Below, piece after piece: positions 9,040 through 18,150 of a stretch of 32,000 bases of DNA. The notes under the pieces were generated by a model. That model did no database searches. It was not told the origin of the DNA and worked only from the letters and a program-made list of their open reading frames with translations. The translations under genes and the position numbers were made by a program. The DNA comes from an uncultured Clostridia bacterium. GTDB lineage: Bacteria > Bacillota > Clostridia > TANB77 > CAG-508. Location: positions 241,342 through 273,341 of the forward strand of contig CALXPN010000002.1 in NCBI GenBank assembly GCA_944390285.1, in the 5' to 3' direction. The number at the start of each line of letters is the position of its first letter. Within the stretch, counting starts at the first letter, position 1.

Positions 9040-11181
9040 ATGAAGGAAAGTAGAATTTTAAAGTGTACAAGTTATATTTTAATACCAATTCTTACATTAA
9101 TAATTATTATAACAGCTTTTTATGAAGTTGGAAAAGAAGTAGTAAAAGAAGATAATTATAATTCTGAATATTTTAAAACAGATGATTTTTTGAATAATTT
9201 TATGTATTTATTATCTGATGGAACATCAGAGTTAATTTATGATAATGAAAAATATAATAGTGTTGAAGATGGTGAAAATAAAATCTGTTATTATGGAAAT
9301 TTTGAAGAATATAATTATAATAATATAAAAGATTTTTATTATTTAATACAATATCAAAATTTGGCTTTTACAAATGTAGAGTTGACAGAAAATACTAATA
9401 CAATTGATGAAATAAAAAATTATATAACTCAAGAAGATGGAAAAAAAGCAAATATAATAAATGGAAATGTTGAAGCAAATTCAGAACTTATAAAAAATAA
9501 AGCATTAAAATACTTTAATAGATTTAATTTTACATATTATACTATAAATATAGAAGAACAAAATCAAAATTTAAATGAATACGAATATGAAAATATGACT
9601 GAAGAATATTATACAGAGGATGAGGAGTTATCTACAAATACAGTTACAAGAGAAAAAGAATATCATGAAACAAATATAGCAGATTTTCAAATATATACAA
9701 CATATAAAGAAGAAATTTTATTAGGAACGGATAATATAATATTAGAACAGATTATCAATATTTTAAGTCCATATGAACAAATAATGATATATATAATGCC
9801 AGTATCAGCAATTTTACTTGCTTTAATACTAATATATTTGATTATATCAATAGGACATATTAAAGGAAAAGAAGAAATAGATTTAAATGATTTAGATAAA
9901 ATTCCATTAGAAATAATATATATAATAAGTTTTTTTATAATAGGAATGATTATATGTATTCCTGTTGCGATTATTGAATATAATAATACGAATTTAAACC
10001 TTTTTATAAGTTTATTTTTACTTGCATACTTTGTATCATATGTATTTGGAATGTCAAGCTTAGTTACAACAATCAAAAGAATAAAAGCGAAAGCCTTTTG
10101 GAAGTATACTATAACTGGTAAAATATGTAAATGGTTTATAGGATTTTGTAAAAAAATATGGAAAGCTTTAAAAGGTGGATATAATAGTATAACTGCAACA
10201 TGGAATAAACTTGCAAAGCTAATATTAATAATATTTTTGTATATAATAGTTTCTATAATATTAATGGCAATATTTAATATATTAGGACTGCTTATATCTA
10301 TAGGAATTGGAATATATTTATTATATAAATTTAATTTAAGAATAAATTGTTATGAACATATAGAAAGACATTTGAAAGCTATTTATGATGGAGATCATTC
10401 TAGCAAACTAAATCCAGATGATTTTACAAAGGAATTTCAAGATATTGTAAAATATATAAATGATGTATCAAGTGGTTTTGAAAATGCAATACAAGAAGGT
10501 ATAAAAAGTGAAAGAATGAAAACAGAACTTATAACAAATGTTTCACATGATATAAAAACTCCATTAACATCAATAATAAACTATGTAGACTTATTGAAAA
10601 AAGAAAATATAGAAAATGAAAAAGCAAAAGAATATATAGATATATTAGATAATAAGTCTCAAAGATTAAAAAAATTAATTGAAGATTTAGTAGAGGTTTC
10701 AAAAGCATCTTCAGGAAATGTAAAATTAAATATGGAAAAGATTGATATTTGTGAACTTATAAAACAAGCAACAGGTGAATTTGAGGATAAATTTAAATCA
10801 AAAAATTTAGATGTTATATATAATGCAAATGAAGAGAATATTTATATAAATGCAGATAATAGATATATGTATAGAATTATAGAAAACCTTTTTGTAAATA
10901 TTTCAAAATATGCATTAGATTCTTCGAGAGTGTATATAGATATTATTAAGAATGATTTAAAAGTAAAAATAGCTGTTAAAAATATTTCTAAAGAAAGATT
11001 AAATATAACACCAGATGAGTTAATGCAACGTTTTGTAAGAGGAGATAAATCGAGAACAACAGAAGGTAGTGGACTTGGAATTTCAATTTCAAAAAGCTTG
11101 ACAGAACTTCAAAATGGTAAATTTACATTAAATGTAGATGGTGATTTGTTTAAGGTAGAATTAGAATTTGATATAATTTAA
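9040..11181 (+). CDS. Membrane sensor histidine kinase with a large N/Y/E-rich extracytoplasmic domain and about 6 TM helices
   Basis: 713 aa. H-box SHDIKTPLTSIINYVDLL, HATPase_c motifs (NLFVNISKYA, EGSGLGISISKS). Several hydrophobic helices between residues about 10-30 and 240-440. Lies 14 nt after the RR gene. Confidence 0.92.
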   Translation: MKESRILKCTSYILIPILTLIIIITAFYEVGKEVVKEDNYNSEYFKTDDFLNNFMYLLSDGTSELIYDNEKYNSVEDGENKICYYGNFEEYNYNNIKDFYYLIQYQNLAFTNVELTENTNTIDEIKNYITQEDGKKANIINGNVEANSELIKNKALKYFNRFNFTYYTINIEEQNQNLNEYEYENMTEEYYTEDEELSTNTVTREKEYHETNIADFQIYTTYKEEILLGTDNIILEQIINILSPYEQIMIYIMPVSAILLALILIYLIISIGHIKGKEEIDLNDLDKIPLEIIYIISFFIIGMIICIPVAIIEYNNTNLNLFISLFLLAYFVSYVFGMSSLVTTIKRIKAKAFWKYTITGKICKWFIGFCKKIWKALKGGYNSITATWNKLAKLILIIFLYIIVSIILMAIFNILGLLISIGIGIYLLYKFNLRINCYEHIERHLKAIYDGDHSSKLNPDDFTKEFQDIVKYINDVSSGFENAIQEGIKSERMKTELITNVSHDIKTPLTSIINYVDLLKKENIENEKAKEYIDILDNKSQRLKKLIEDLVEVSKASSGNVKLNMEKIDICELIKQATGEFEDKFKSKNLDVIYNANEENIYINADNRYMYRIIENLFVNISKYALDSSRVYIDIIKNDLKVKIAVKNISKERLNITPDELMQRFVRGDKSRTTEGSGLGISISKSLTELQNGKFTLNVDGDLFKVELEFDII

Positions 11182-11195
11182 AGTATAAATAAATT

Positions 11196-11231
11196 ATATC
11201 CCAGTACTTATATGTGTACTGGGATATTTTA
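11196..11231 (+). terminator. Rho-independent terminator after the histidine kinase gene
   Basis: ATATCCCAGTAC (11196-11207), 8-nt loop, GTACTGGGATAT (11216-11227), then TTTT. Confidence 0.8.
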
Positions 11232-11254
11232 TATTATAAAATATCAAAAAAATC

Positions 11255-11305
11255 TTGACATAAAATAAAAAGAGTTGTATTATATAAAAAATTTAAAGAA
11301 AGGAG
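11255..11305 (+). promoter_or_regulatory. Near-consensus sigma-A-type promoter plus SD for the left T4SS arm
   Basis: TTGACA at 11255-11260, 17-nt spacer, TATTAT at 11278-11283, AGGAG at 11301-11305. Confidence 0.6.
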
Positions 11306-11908
11306 AAAATAAAAATAAAAAAAGAGAATATAACTCAAGAGTGGTTACCATTTGATCATATTCTTGAAAATGGAATTATTATTAGTAAAAATTCTTATAT
11401 AAAAATTATAAAAATAAATCCTATTAATTATAATCTGAAATCAACACTAGAGAAAGAAGCAATTTTAAATTCTTATAAATTATTTCTAAAAACATGTAAT
11501 TTTAATATTCAAATAATTATTCAAAGTAAAAAAGAAGATCTTTCAAAACATTTTTATAATCTCGAAAAAATTTCCGAAAAAGAAGAAAATAAAAAAATAA
11601 AAGAAATAACTCAAAATTATGTTGAATTTATAAAAAATAAAAATAATGAGAATAAATCAGCATCTAAAAATTTTTACATTGTTATAAAATATGATGTAGA
11701 TACCAGTTCAAAAGAAAATAATGATATTAGTATAAATAAAAATATTGCAATTAATTTTTTAAATGAAAGTTTTTTCAAAATTAAAGAGGCTTTATCCAGA
11801 TGTGGAAATACTGTGTATGATATTAATACACAAAAAGAATCAGAAGAAATTTTAAGTTCTTTTTTTAATCCAACATATAATTCTAATCAAATAAAGATGG
11901 GAGAGTGA
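11297..11908 (+). pseudogene. VirB4-like ATPase, N-terminal segment: open frame with no ATG/GTG/TTG start, a possible fragment of a frameshifted gene
   Basis: My translation reads frame 2 open from 11297 to TGA at 11906-11908 (about 203 codons): ...KKENITQEWLPFDHILENGIIISKNSYIKIIKINPINYNLKSTLEKEAILNSYKLFLKTCNFNIQIIIQSKK... This is the pattern of the N-terminal region of Gram-positive VirB4/TcpF/PrgJ-type ATPases. The first in-frame canonical start is GTG at 11813. Only ATA codons (11309, 11315, 11330) follow the SD. Confidence 0.55.
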
Positions 11909-11936
11909 TATTATAGAAAATTTTTATGAAGGTGTA

Positions 11937-13679
11937 TTGAGTATAAAGGATAAACTTGCGCCGAGCTATATTAATAATAAAAATCCTAAATTTTTAGAAA
12001 TAGATGGGAGCTTTTATAGTGGTCTTTTAATAATTGATTATTATAGAGAATATACAGATATTTTATTAAAAAATATTATAAATACAAATGTAAATATGAA
12101 TATTACAATGTTTTATGAAAAACAAGATACATATAAAACAATAAAAGATTTAACATACTTTATAGGAAATGTAGGAGTTGATTTAAAATCTGGAAATCCT
12201 AATAGGCAGGACATAGATATAGCGGCTTATAGTTATAATGATGCTAAATATATTAGAAAAGAAATGCAAGTAAATAATGAGGAATTATATTATTTATATA
12301 CATATATAACTATAATTTCAGAAGATGAAAAAGAAATGGAAAGAAATATAAATAAAATAGAAGGATTGCTTCAGGCTTCTGGAATGCTTACAAGAAAAGG
12401 AAACTTTAGAGAAGAACAAATATATAAATCATGTTTACCATTTATGAATAATAATAAAGATTTAAAAAGTATAAGTAGAAGAAATATATTAACAAGTGGA
12501 CTTATTGCAACATATCCTTTTATTTCATCTAATATATGTGATATAAATGGTGTTTTTATAGGAACAAATATATATGATGATTCAATTATATTAGTAGATA
12601 GATTTGATAAAGAAAAATATAAAAATGCTAATATGTGTATTTTTGGAACAAGTGGAGCTGGAAAATCATTTTATACAAAGCTTTTAATTTTAAGATACAG
12701 GTTATTAGATTTAGAACAATATATAATAGATCCAGAAAGGGAATATGATAAAATATGCGATAAATTAGATGGTGTTTGTATTAAATTTGGACCTAGCTCT
12801 GAATCATATATAAATATAATGGATATAAGAGAAGATAGTATAGAAGAAGAAAAAGGATTTTTAACAAGTAAAATTAGTAAACTTAGAATTTTTTTTAGTT
12901 TAGTTTTTGGAGATTTAGATGAAGATAAAATAGCTTTATTAGAGGAAAAATTAATAGAAGTGTATAAAGAAAAAGGAATAACATTTAATGATAACTCTTT
13001 ATATAATTATGATGAAAATGGATTTAAAAAAGGGTTTAAAAATACATATCAAATGCCAATATTAGAGGATTTATATAATATTTTTTCAAAAGATAAGAAA
13101 ACTTTATTTTTTAAAAGAAAATTATATCCATTTGTTTTTGGTTCATTAAAATTTTTAAATAATTATACAAATGTAGAATTAGATAACAAATTAATTGTCG
13201 CAGATATATATGAACTTGGTGAGGAAAATCTAAAATATGGAATGTATATTTTTACTGATTTATTTTGGGACAAGATAAAAAAAGATAGAAATAAAAATAA
13301 AGCAATATATTTAGATGAAATTTGGAGACTTATAGGAATAACTTCGAATAAATTTGTTGCTAGTTTTATATATAAAATATTTAAAACAATAAGAAAATAT
13401 GGTGGAAGTGCAGTTGCAATTACTCAGGATGTTTCAGATTTATTTAGTTTAGAAAATGGCATATATGGGAAAAGTATTTTAAATAATTCAAGTATTAAAT
13501 CATTTTTCTCATTAGAAGAGGAAAATATTTTGGTGCTAGAAAAATATTCTAATATTTCAGATAAGGAAAAAGTAGAAATAAAATCTTTAAAAAGAGGTGA
13601 AGCGTTGTTATTTATAGGAGATAATCATATACTTGCTAAAATTGAAAGTTCAGAAGAGGAAAAAAATATAATTACATAA
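11937..13679 (+). CDS. VirB4-like T4SS ATPase, central and C-terminal ATPase part
   Basis: 580 aa. Walker A IFGTSGAGKSFYTK, YIIDPEREY, Walker B YLDEIWRL, ITQDVSDL. The annotated TTG start lies only 2 nt after an AAGGTG. This frame is already open from 11895, overlapping the end of the upstream VirB4 N-terminal frame. Confidence 0.85.
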   Translation: MSIKDKLAPSYINNKNPKFLEIDGSFYSGLLIIDYYREYTDILLKNIINTNVNMNITMFYEKQDTYKTIKDLTYFIGNVGVDLKSGNPNRQDIDIAAYSYNDAKYIRKEMQVNNEELYYLYTYITIISEDEKEMERNINKIEGLLQASGMLTRKGNFREEQIYKSCLPFMNNNKDLKSISRRNILTSGLIATYPFISSNICDINGVFIGTNIYDDSIILVDRFDKEKYKNANMCIFGTSGAGKSFYTKLLILRYRLLDLEQYIIDPEREYDKICDKLDGVCIKFGPSSESYINIMDIREDSIEEEKGFLTSKISKLRIFFSLVFGDLDEDKIALLEEKLIEVYKEKGITFNDNSLYNYDENGFKKGFKNTYQMPILEDLYNIFSKDKKTLFFKRKLYPFVFGSLKFLNNYTNVELDNKLIVADIYELGEENLKYGMYIFTDLFWDKIKKDRNKNKAIYLDEIWRLIGITSNKFVASFIYKIFKTIRKYGGSAVAITQDVSDLFSLENGIYGKSILNNSSIKSFFSLEEENILVLEKYSNISDKEKVEIKSLKRGEALLFIGDNHILAKIESSEEEKNIIT

Positions 13680-14824
13680 TGAAAATATTAACAGCAATGG
13701 GAAATCCAGAACTAAATATGAAAATGCAAGAATATGAAGAATTTGAAATTATAAGTAAAGATATACAATATAAAGAAGGAATATTAGAAATTTTGGAAGA
13801 TAAAAAAGAAGTTGATATATTGATTTTGACAAACAATATATTAGGCGAACTTGATTTTAAAGAATTAATAAATAAAATTATAAAAATAAAAAATAATTTA
13901 AAAATTATAGTTTTTTTAGATAAAGAAGATGAAAAGATTGAGCAATATTTAAATAGTAAAAATATATATAAAATATATTTTTTAAATAAGATAAATTTTG
14001 ATTTATTTATAAAAGATTTTTTTAAAAATTCTCAAAAAAATAATTTTAAAATAGCACAAGAAATACAGGAGTTTAAAGGATTAATTTATGAAAACAAAAA
14101 AATAAAAGAAAATAAAAAATTAAATTTAAAAAATTGTAAAACAAAAATAATTAGTATAACAGGAAATTATAATTCTGGAAAAACACTTTTTTCTTATATA
14201 TTTTCAAACCATATTTCAAATAAAAATTATAAAGTACTAATAATAGATATGAATTTAGAAAACAATGATTTAGATAGTATTTTAATAAGAAAAGTAAAAA
14301 AAAATTTAAAAAATAATTTAAAGATTTTAAATTTCAATTTTATAATTAAAAAAATTAATAATAATTTATTTTGCTCTATTAATATGAAAAATGAGTTAAA
14401 TAAGTTAAATGAATTAGAAGTATACAAAATAAAAGAGATATTTACAAAAGTTAATTTGGATTATGATATTATTCTTATAGATACTCAATCTAATATAAAA
14501 AATCTTTTTATAGAAAAAATACTAAAAATATCTGATAAAATTATATTTTTATCAGAAGAAAATTTATTTGAAGTACAAAAAATGGAAGATAATTTAGAAA
14601 TTATTAGTCATGATATAAAAATCAAAAATGACAAAATAAAGGTAATATTAAATAAAACAAATGAGTATAAAATTTTAGATTATGATACAAAAATTATAGG
14701 TAGAATTCCATATAATTCTTTATATACAAAATTAATAAATAATAATTTTGAAAAAAACGACCTAGAAAAATTAAATTCGATTTATGAAAAAATATATAGC
14801 AATTTATTTATGAAAGGAGAATAA
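13679..14824 (+). CDS. Pseudo-receiver domain + P-loop ATPase resembling MinD/ParA/CpaE(TadZ)/VirC1-type proteins
   Basis: 381 aa. The start overlaps the VirB4 stop (TAATG). The N-terminal ~105 aa has alternating beta/alpha receiver-like periodicity but no acidic pocket (AMGN and ILTNN where DD and D are expected). C-terminal P-loop ITGNYNSGKT, LIIDMN, and Walker B-like IILIDTQS. Confidence 0.65.
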   Translation: MKILTAMGNPELNMKMQEYEEFEIISKDIQYKEGILEILEDKKEVDILILTNNILGELDFKELINKIIKIKNNLKIIVFLDKEDEKIEQYLNSKNIYKIYFLNKINFDLFIKDFFKNSQKNNFKIAQEIQEFKGLIYENKKIKENKKLNLKNCKTKIISITGNYNSGKTLFSYIFSNHISNKNYKVLIIDMNLENNDLDSILIRKVKKNLKNNLKILNFNFIIKKINNNLFCSINMKNELNKLNELEVYKIKEIFTKVNLDYDIILIDTQSNIKNLFIEKILKISDKIIFLSEENLFEVQKMEDNLEIISHDIKIKNDKIKVILNKTNEYKILDYDTKIIGRIPYNSLYTKLINNNFEKNDLEKLNSIYEKIYSNLFMKGE

Positions 14825-14825
14825 T

Positions 14826-15548
14826 ATGTCTGAACTGGTAGTTGAAAATGAGTTAAAAATAGAAAATTCATTAAAAGAAAAAATATCAGATTTTCAAGAG
14901 AAATTTTTAGAATCTGATATAGGAAAAGCTGTAAATTCAGCTATAGATATAGGATTAAAAGCGGTCCTTCCTGACTTAATTGAAGACCAAATAATAGATA
15001 TAAAAAATGCAATTCTTGAAAATGGATTTAAAGAAGGTATTAAAGAAGTTATAAATAGTGGTATAAACACTGGAAAAAGTGCTATAGGAATCGTTACAGG
15101 TGAATTTGAAAACATATCTCAAATACAACTTGCAGTAAAAAATGGAGGAATAATAGATAAGTTTTCTGAACTTTTGGATTATGTTATAGAGTTAGCAGAA
15201 AAAAAAGAAATAATAAATAACAATATTTCAAATTTAATAAAAAATGGAAAAAATACTATAATGGAGTCTATTAGTAATAAAATAGAAGATACACTTACAA
15301 ATCAATTAAAATCAATTGAAAAAATAGAAAAATACTGTGAAAATTGGAATTTGGCATATAGTATTCAAGATATTTCGGGAATGGAAAAAGCATATAATAA
15401 CATAAAAAACAACTTAGAAAAAGTTATACCATTAGAAAACACTTTAAATAAAGCAAGAGTTATAGAAAATTTGCAAAATTTAATTAAAAGTAAAAATTAT
15501 GATTTTAATTTAACAGAAAGTGAATTAAGATTAGCAGAAAAGCTTTAA
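14826..15548 (+). CDS. Hypothetical soluble, predicted all-helical protein, last gene of the left T4SS arm
   Basis: 240 aa. AGGAG at 14815-19, 6 nt before the ATG. Starts 1 nt after the upstream stop. No TM segment or signal peptide visible and no motif recognised. Confidence 0.7.
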   Translation: MSELVVENELKIENSLKEKISDFQEKFLESDIGKAVNSAIDIGLKAVLPDLIEDQIIDIKNAILENGFKEGIKEVINSGINTGKSAIGIVTGEFENISQIQLAVKNGGIIDKFSELLDYVIELAEKKEIINNNISNLIKNGKNTIMESISNKIEDTLTNQLKSIEKIEKYCENWNLAYSIQDISGMEKAYNNIKNNLEKVIPLENTLNKARVIENLQNLIKSKNYDFNLTESELRLAEKL

Positions 15549-15598
15549 AAATAAAATAATAAACATCGCGAATCCCTAATATTTTTTGATGTTTTTTC

Positions 15599-15627
15599 TT
15601 GATTTTTTTTGTATATTTTTATATAAT
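15599..15627 (+). promoter_or_regulatory. Candidate gyrA promoter
   Basis: TTGATT at 15599-15604, 17-nt spacer, TATAAT at 15622-15627. SD AGAGGGA before the ATG at 15664. Confidence 0.5.
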
Positions 15628-15663
15628 GCAATAGGAAACAAATATAAGAAAAGAGGGAAATAA

Positions 15664-18105
15664 ATGGAAAGGCAAGATGGAAAAATAATCGAGAGAAATA
15701 TAGAAGAAGAAATGAAGACAGCATATATTGATTATGCAATGAGTGTTATAGTTTCTCGTGCACTGCCAGATGTTAGAGATGGATTAAAACCTGTACATAG
15801 AAGAATTCTTTATTCTATGCATGAAGATGGAATAACATCAGATAAACCATATAGAAAATGTGCAAATACTGTAGGTTCTGTTTTAGGTAGATATCATCCT
15901 CATGGAGATTCATCAGTTTATGATGCTATGGTAAGATTAGCACAAGACTTTTCAATGAGATATACATTAATAGATGGGCATGGTAATTTTGGTTCAATAG
16001 ATGGTGACGGAGCAGCAGCTATGAGATATACAGAATCTAGAATGTCAAAAATTGCTGAACAAATGCTTGTAGATATAGAAAAAAATACCGTAGATTTTAT
16101 GCCAAACTATGATGATAGACTTCAAGAGCCAACAGTATTACCATCAAAAATACCAGCATTATTAATAAATGGTTCATCAGGAATTGCAGTAGGTATGGCA
16201 ACAAATATACCACCACATAATTTAACAGAAGTTATAGATGGAGCTATAAAAGTAATAGATGATGATAATGTAACAAATGAAGAGTTAATGCAAATAATTA
16301 AAGGACCAGATTTTCCAACAGGAGCAATGATACTTGGAAAAGAAGGAATAAGACAAGCTTATACAACAGGTAGAGGGAAAATAACAGTAAGAGCTGAAAC
16401 AGAAATAGAAGAAATGTCTGGAAATAGACAAAGAATAATTGTTTCTTCACTTCCTTATCAAGTAAATAAAGCTAATCTTATTGTAAAAATAGATGAGCTT
16501 GTGAAAGAAAAGAAAGTAGAAGGAATTTCTGAAGTAAGAGATGAGTCAGACAGAAAAGAAAAAGTAAGAATTGTAATTGAGTTAAAAAGAGATGCAAGGC
16601 CACAAGTTATTTTAAATCAATTATTTAAACATACCCAAATGCAAGATACTTTTGGAGTAATAATGCTTGCACTTGTAAATGGAGAACCTAAAATATTAAC
16701 ATTAAAACAATGCTTAGAAGAATATATTAAACATAGAAGAGAAGTTGTTTTAAGAAGAACAAAATTTGAACTAGATAAAGCAGAAGCAAGAGCTCATATA
16801 TTAGAAGGTTTAATTATAGCTATTGATAATATTGATGAAGTAATAAAAATAATTAGAGAGTCTTATGATGATGCAAAAGAAAGATTAATGGAAAGATTTA
16901 AACTTACAGATATACAAGCACAAGCAATCTTAGATATGCAATTAAAAAGACTATCTGGTTTGCAAAGAGAAAAACTAGAAGAAGAATATGCGGAACTTAT
17001 GAAATTAATTGCATATTATAAAGAAGTTTTATCAAGTGAATCTCTAGTATTTGATATAATTAAAACAGAATTATTAGAAATAAGAGATAAATTTGGAGAT
17101 GAAAGATTAACTAAAATTGCACCTGCAGAAGGAGAATTTGAAGAAGAAGATCTAATAAAGGAAGAACAAACAGTTATTGCTTTAACACATTTTGGGTATA
17201 TAAAAAGAATGCCAATAGATACATATAAAAGCCAAAAAAGAGGGGGAAAAGGAATAACAGGTATAGCAACAAGAGAAGATGACTTTGTAAAAGAAATATT
17301 TATTGCATCAACTCATGATACAATATTATTCTTTACGAATAAAGGTAAAATGTATAAATTGCGTGGATTTGAGATTCCAGAAGCGGGAAGAACAGCTAAA
17401 GGAACAGCTATAGTAAATCTATTAAACTTAGATCCAGGTGAAAAAGTTTCTGCAATAATCCCACTTCAAAATTTTGCAGAAGGAAAGTATTTAATGATGG
17501 CAACTAAAAGTGGATTAATAAAGAAAACAGCTTTAAAAGAATATGATTCAAATAGAAAAAATGGATTAATGGGAATAACTTTAAAAGATGATGATGAACT
17601 TATAGATGTTAGAATGACAGATGGCCAAGATAATCTTGTTTTAGTTACAAGAAAAGGAATGAGTATCACTTTTGAAGAAAAAGATGTAAGACCAGTAGGC
17701 AGAACAGCTCAAGGTGTAATTGGAATGAGACTTAGTGATGGGGACTATGTAATAGGTATGGAACCATTTATAGCTGGAAGTAAAGCTACTTTACTTGCAA
17801 TCACAGAAAATGGATTTGGAAAAAGAACAGAACTTGAAGAATATCGAGTTCAAAATAGAGGCGGACATGGAGTTATAACATATAAAATAACACCAAAAAC
17901 AGGAGAGATTGTAGGAATAAGAATAGTAGATGGAACAGAAGATGTAATGCTTATAACAGATACAGGAACAATTATTAGAATGAACAGTAGTGATATAAGT
18001 GTTCTTGGAAGATCTACTCAAGGAGTTACTTTAATGAGAACAAATGATGGAAAAGTAGTAAGTATTGAGAAAATAGTAGATTCTGATTCTGATTATGTAA
18101 TTTAA
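15664..18105 (+). CDS. gyrA: DNA gyrase subunit A
   Basis: 813 aa. N-terminal YIDYAMSVIVSRALPDVRDGLKPVHRRILY, QRDR HPHGDSSVYDAMVRLAQ, active-site Tyr region AAAMRYTESR, and C-terminal beta-pinwheel repeats. Confidence 0.98.
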   Translation: MERQDGKIIERNIEEEMKTAYIDYAMSVIVSRALPDVRDGLKPVHRRILYSMHEDGITSDKPYRKCANTVGSVLGRYHPHGDSSVYDAMVRLAQDFSMRYTLIDGHGNFGSIDGDGAAAMRYTESRMSKIAEQMLVDIEKNTVDFMPNYDDRLQEPTVLPSKIPALLINGSSGIAVGMATNIPPHNLTEVIDGAIKVIDDDNVTNEELMQIIKGPDFPTGAMILGKEGIRQAYTTGRGKITVRAETEIEEMSGNRQRIIVSSLPYQVNKANLIVKIDELVKEKKVEGISEVRDESDRKEKVRIVIELKRDARPQVILNQLFKHTQMQDTFGVIMLALVNGEPKILTLKQCLEEYIKHRREVVLRRTKFELDKAEARAHILEGLIIAIDNIDEVIKIIRESYDDAKERLMERFKLTDIQAQAILDMQLKRLSGLQREKLEEEYAELMKLIAYYKEVLSSESLVFDIIKTELLEIRDKFGDERLTKIAPAEGEFEEEDLIKEEQTVIALTHFGYIKRMPIDTYKSQKRGGKGITGIATREDDFVKEIFIASTHDTILFFTNKGKMYKLRGFEIPEAGRTAKGTAIVNLLNLDPGEKVSAIIPLQNFAEGKYLMMATKSGLIKKTALKEYDSNRKNGLMGITLKDDDELIDVRMTDGQDNLVLVTRKGMSITFEEKDVRPVGRTAQGVIGMRLSDGDYVIGMEPFIAGSKATLLAITENGFGKRTELEEYRVQNRGGHGVITYKITPKTGEIVGIRIVDGTEDVMLITDTGTIIRMNSSDISVLGRSTQGVTLMRTNDGKVVSIEKIVDSDSDYVI

Positions 18106-18110
18106 AAATT

Positions 18111-18139
18111 AAGGCTACTTTAAATAAGTAGCCTTTTAT
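18111..18139 (+). terminator. Terminator after gyrA
   Basis: AAGGCTACTT (18111-18120), loop TAAAT, AAGTAGCCTT (18126-18135), then TTTAT. Confidence 0.7.
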
Positions 18140-18150
18140 AAAGGAGAAAA

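Noticed and set aside
11897-11960. Reading TGA at 11906 as Trp (genetic code 4) to rescue the VirB4 N-terminal frame.
   Set aside because: Continuing in that frame gives ...MGEWYYRKFLWRCIEYKG and then hits TAA within about 20 codons, and it never joins the ATPase frame. All other genes here use TGG for Trp. Standard code 11 applies.
15549-15598. A terminator between the left T4SS arm and gyrA (AAACATC...GATGTTT).
   Set aside because: The stem is only 7 bp with a loop of about 20 nt. That is too weak to call, so read-through from the T4SS arm into gyrA remains possible.
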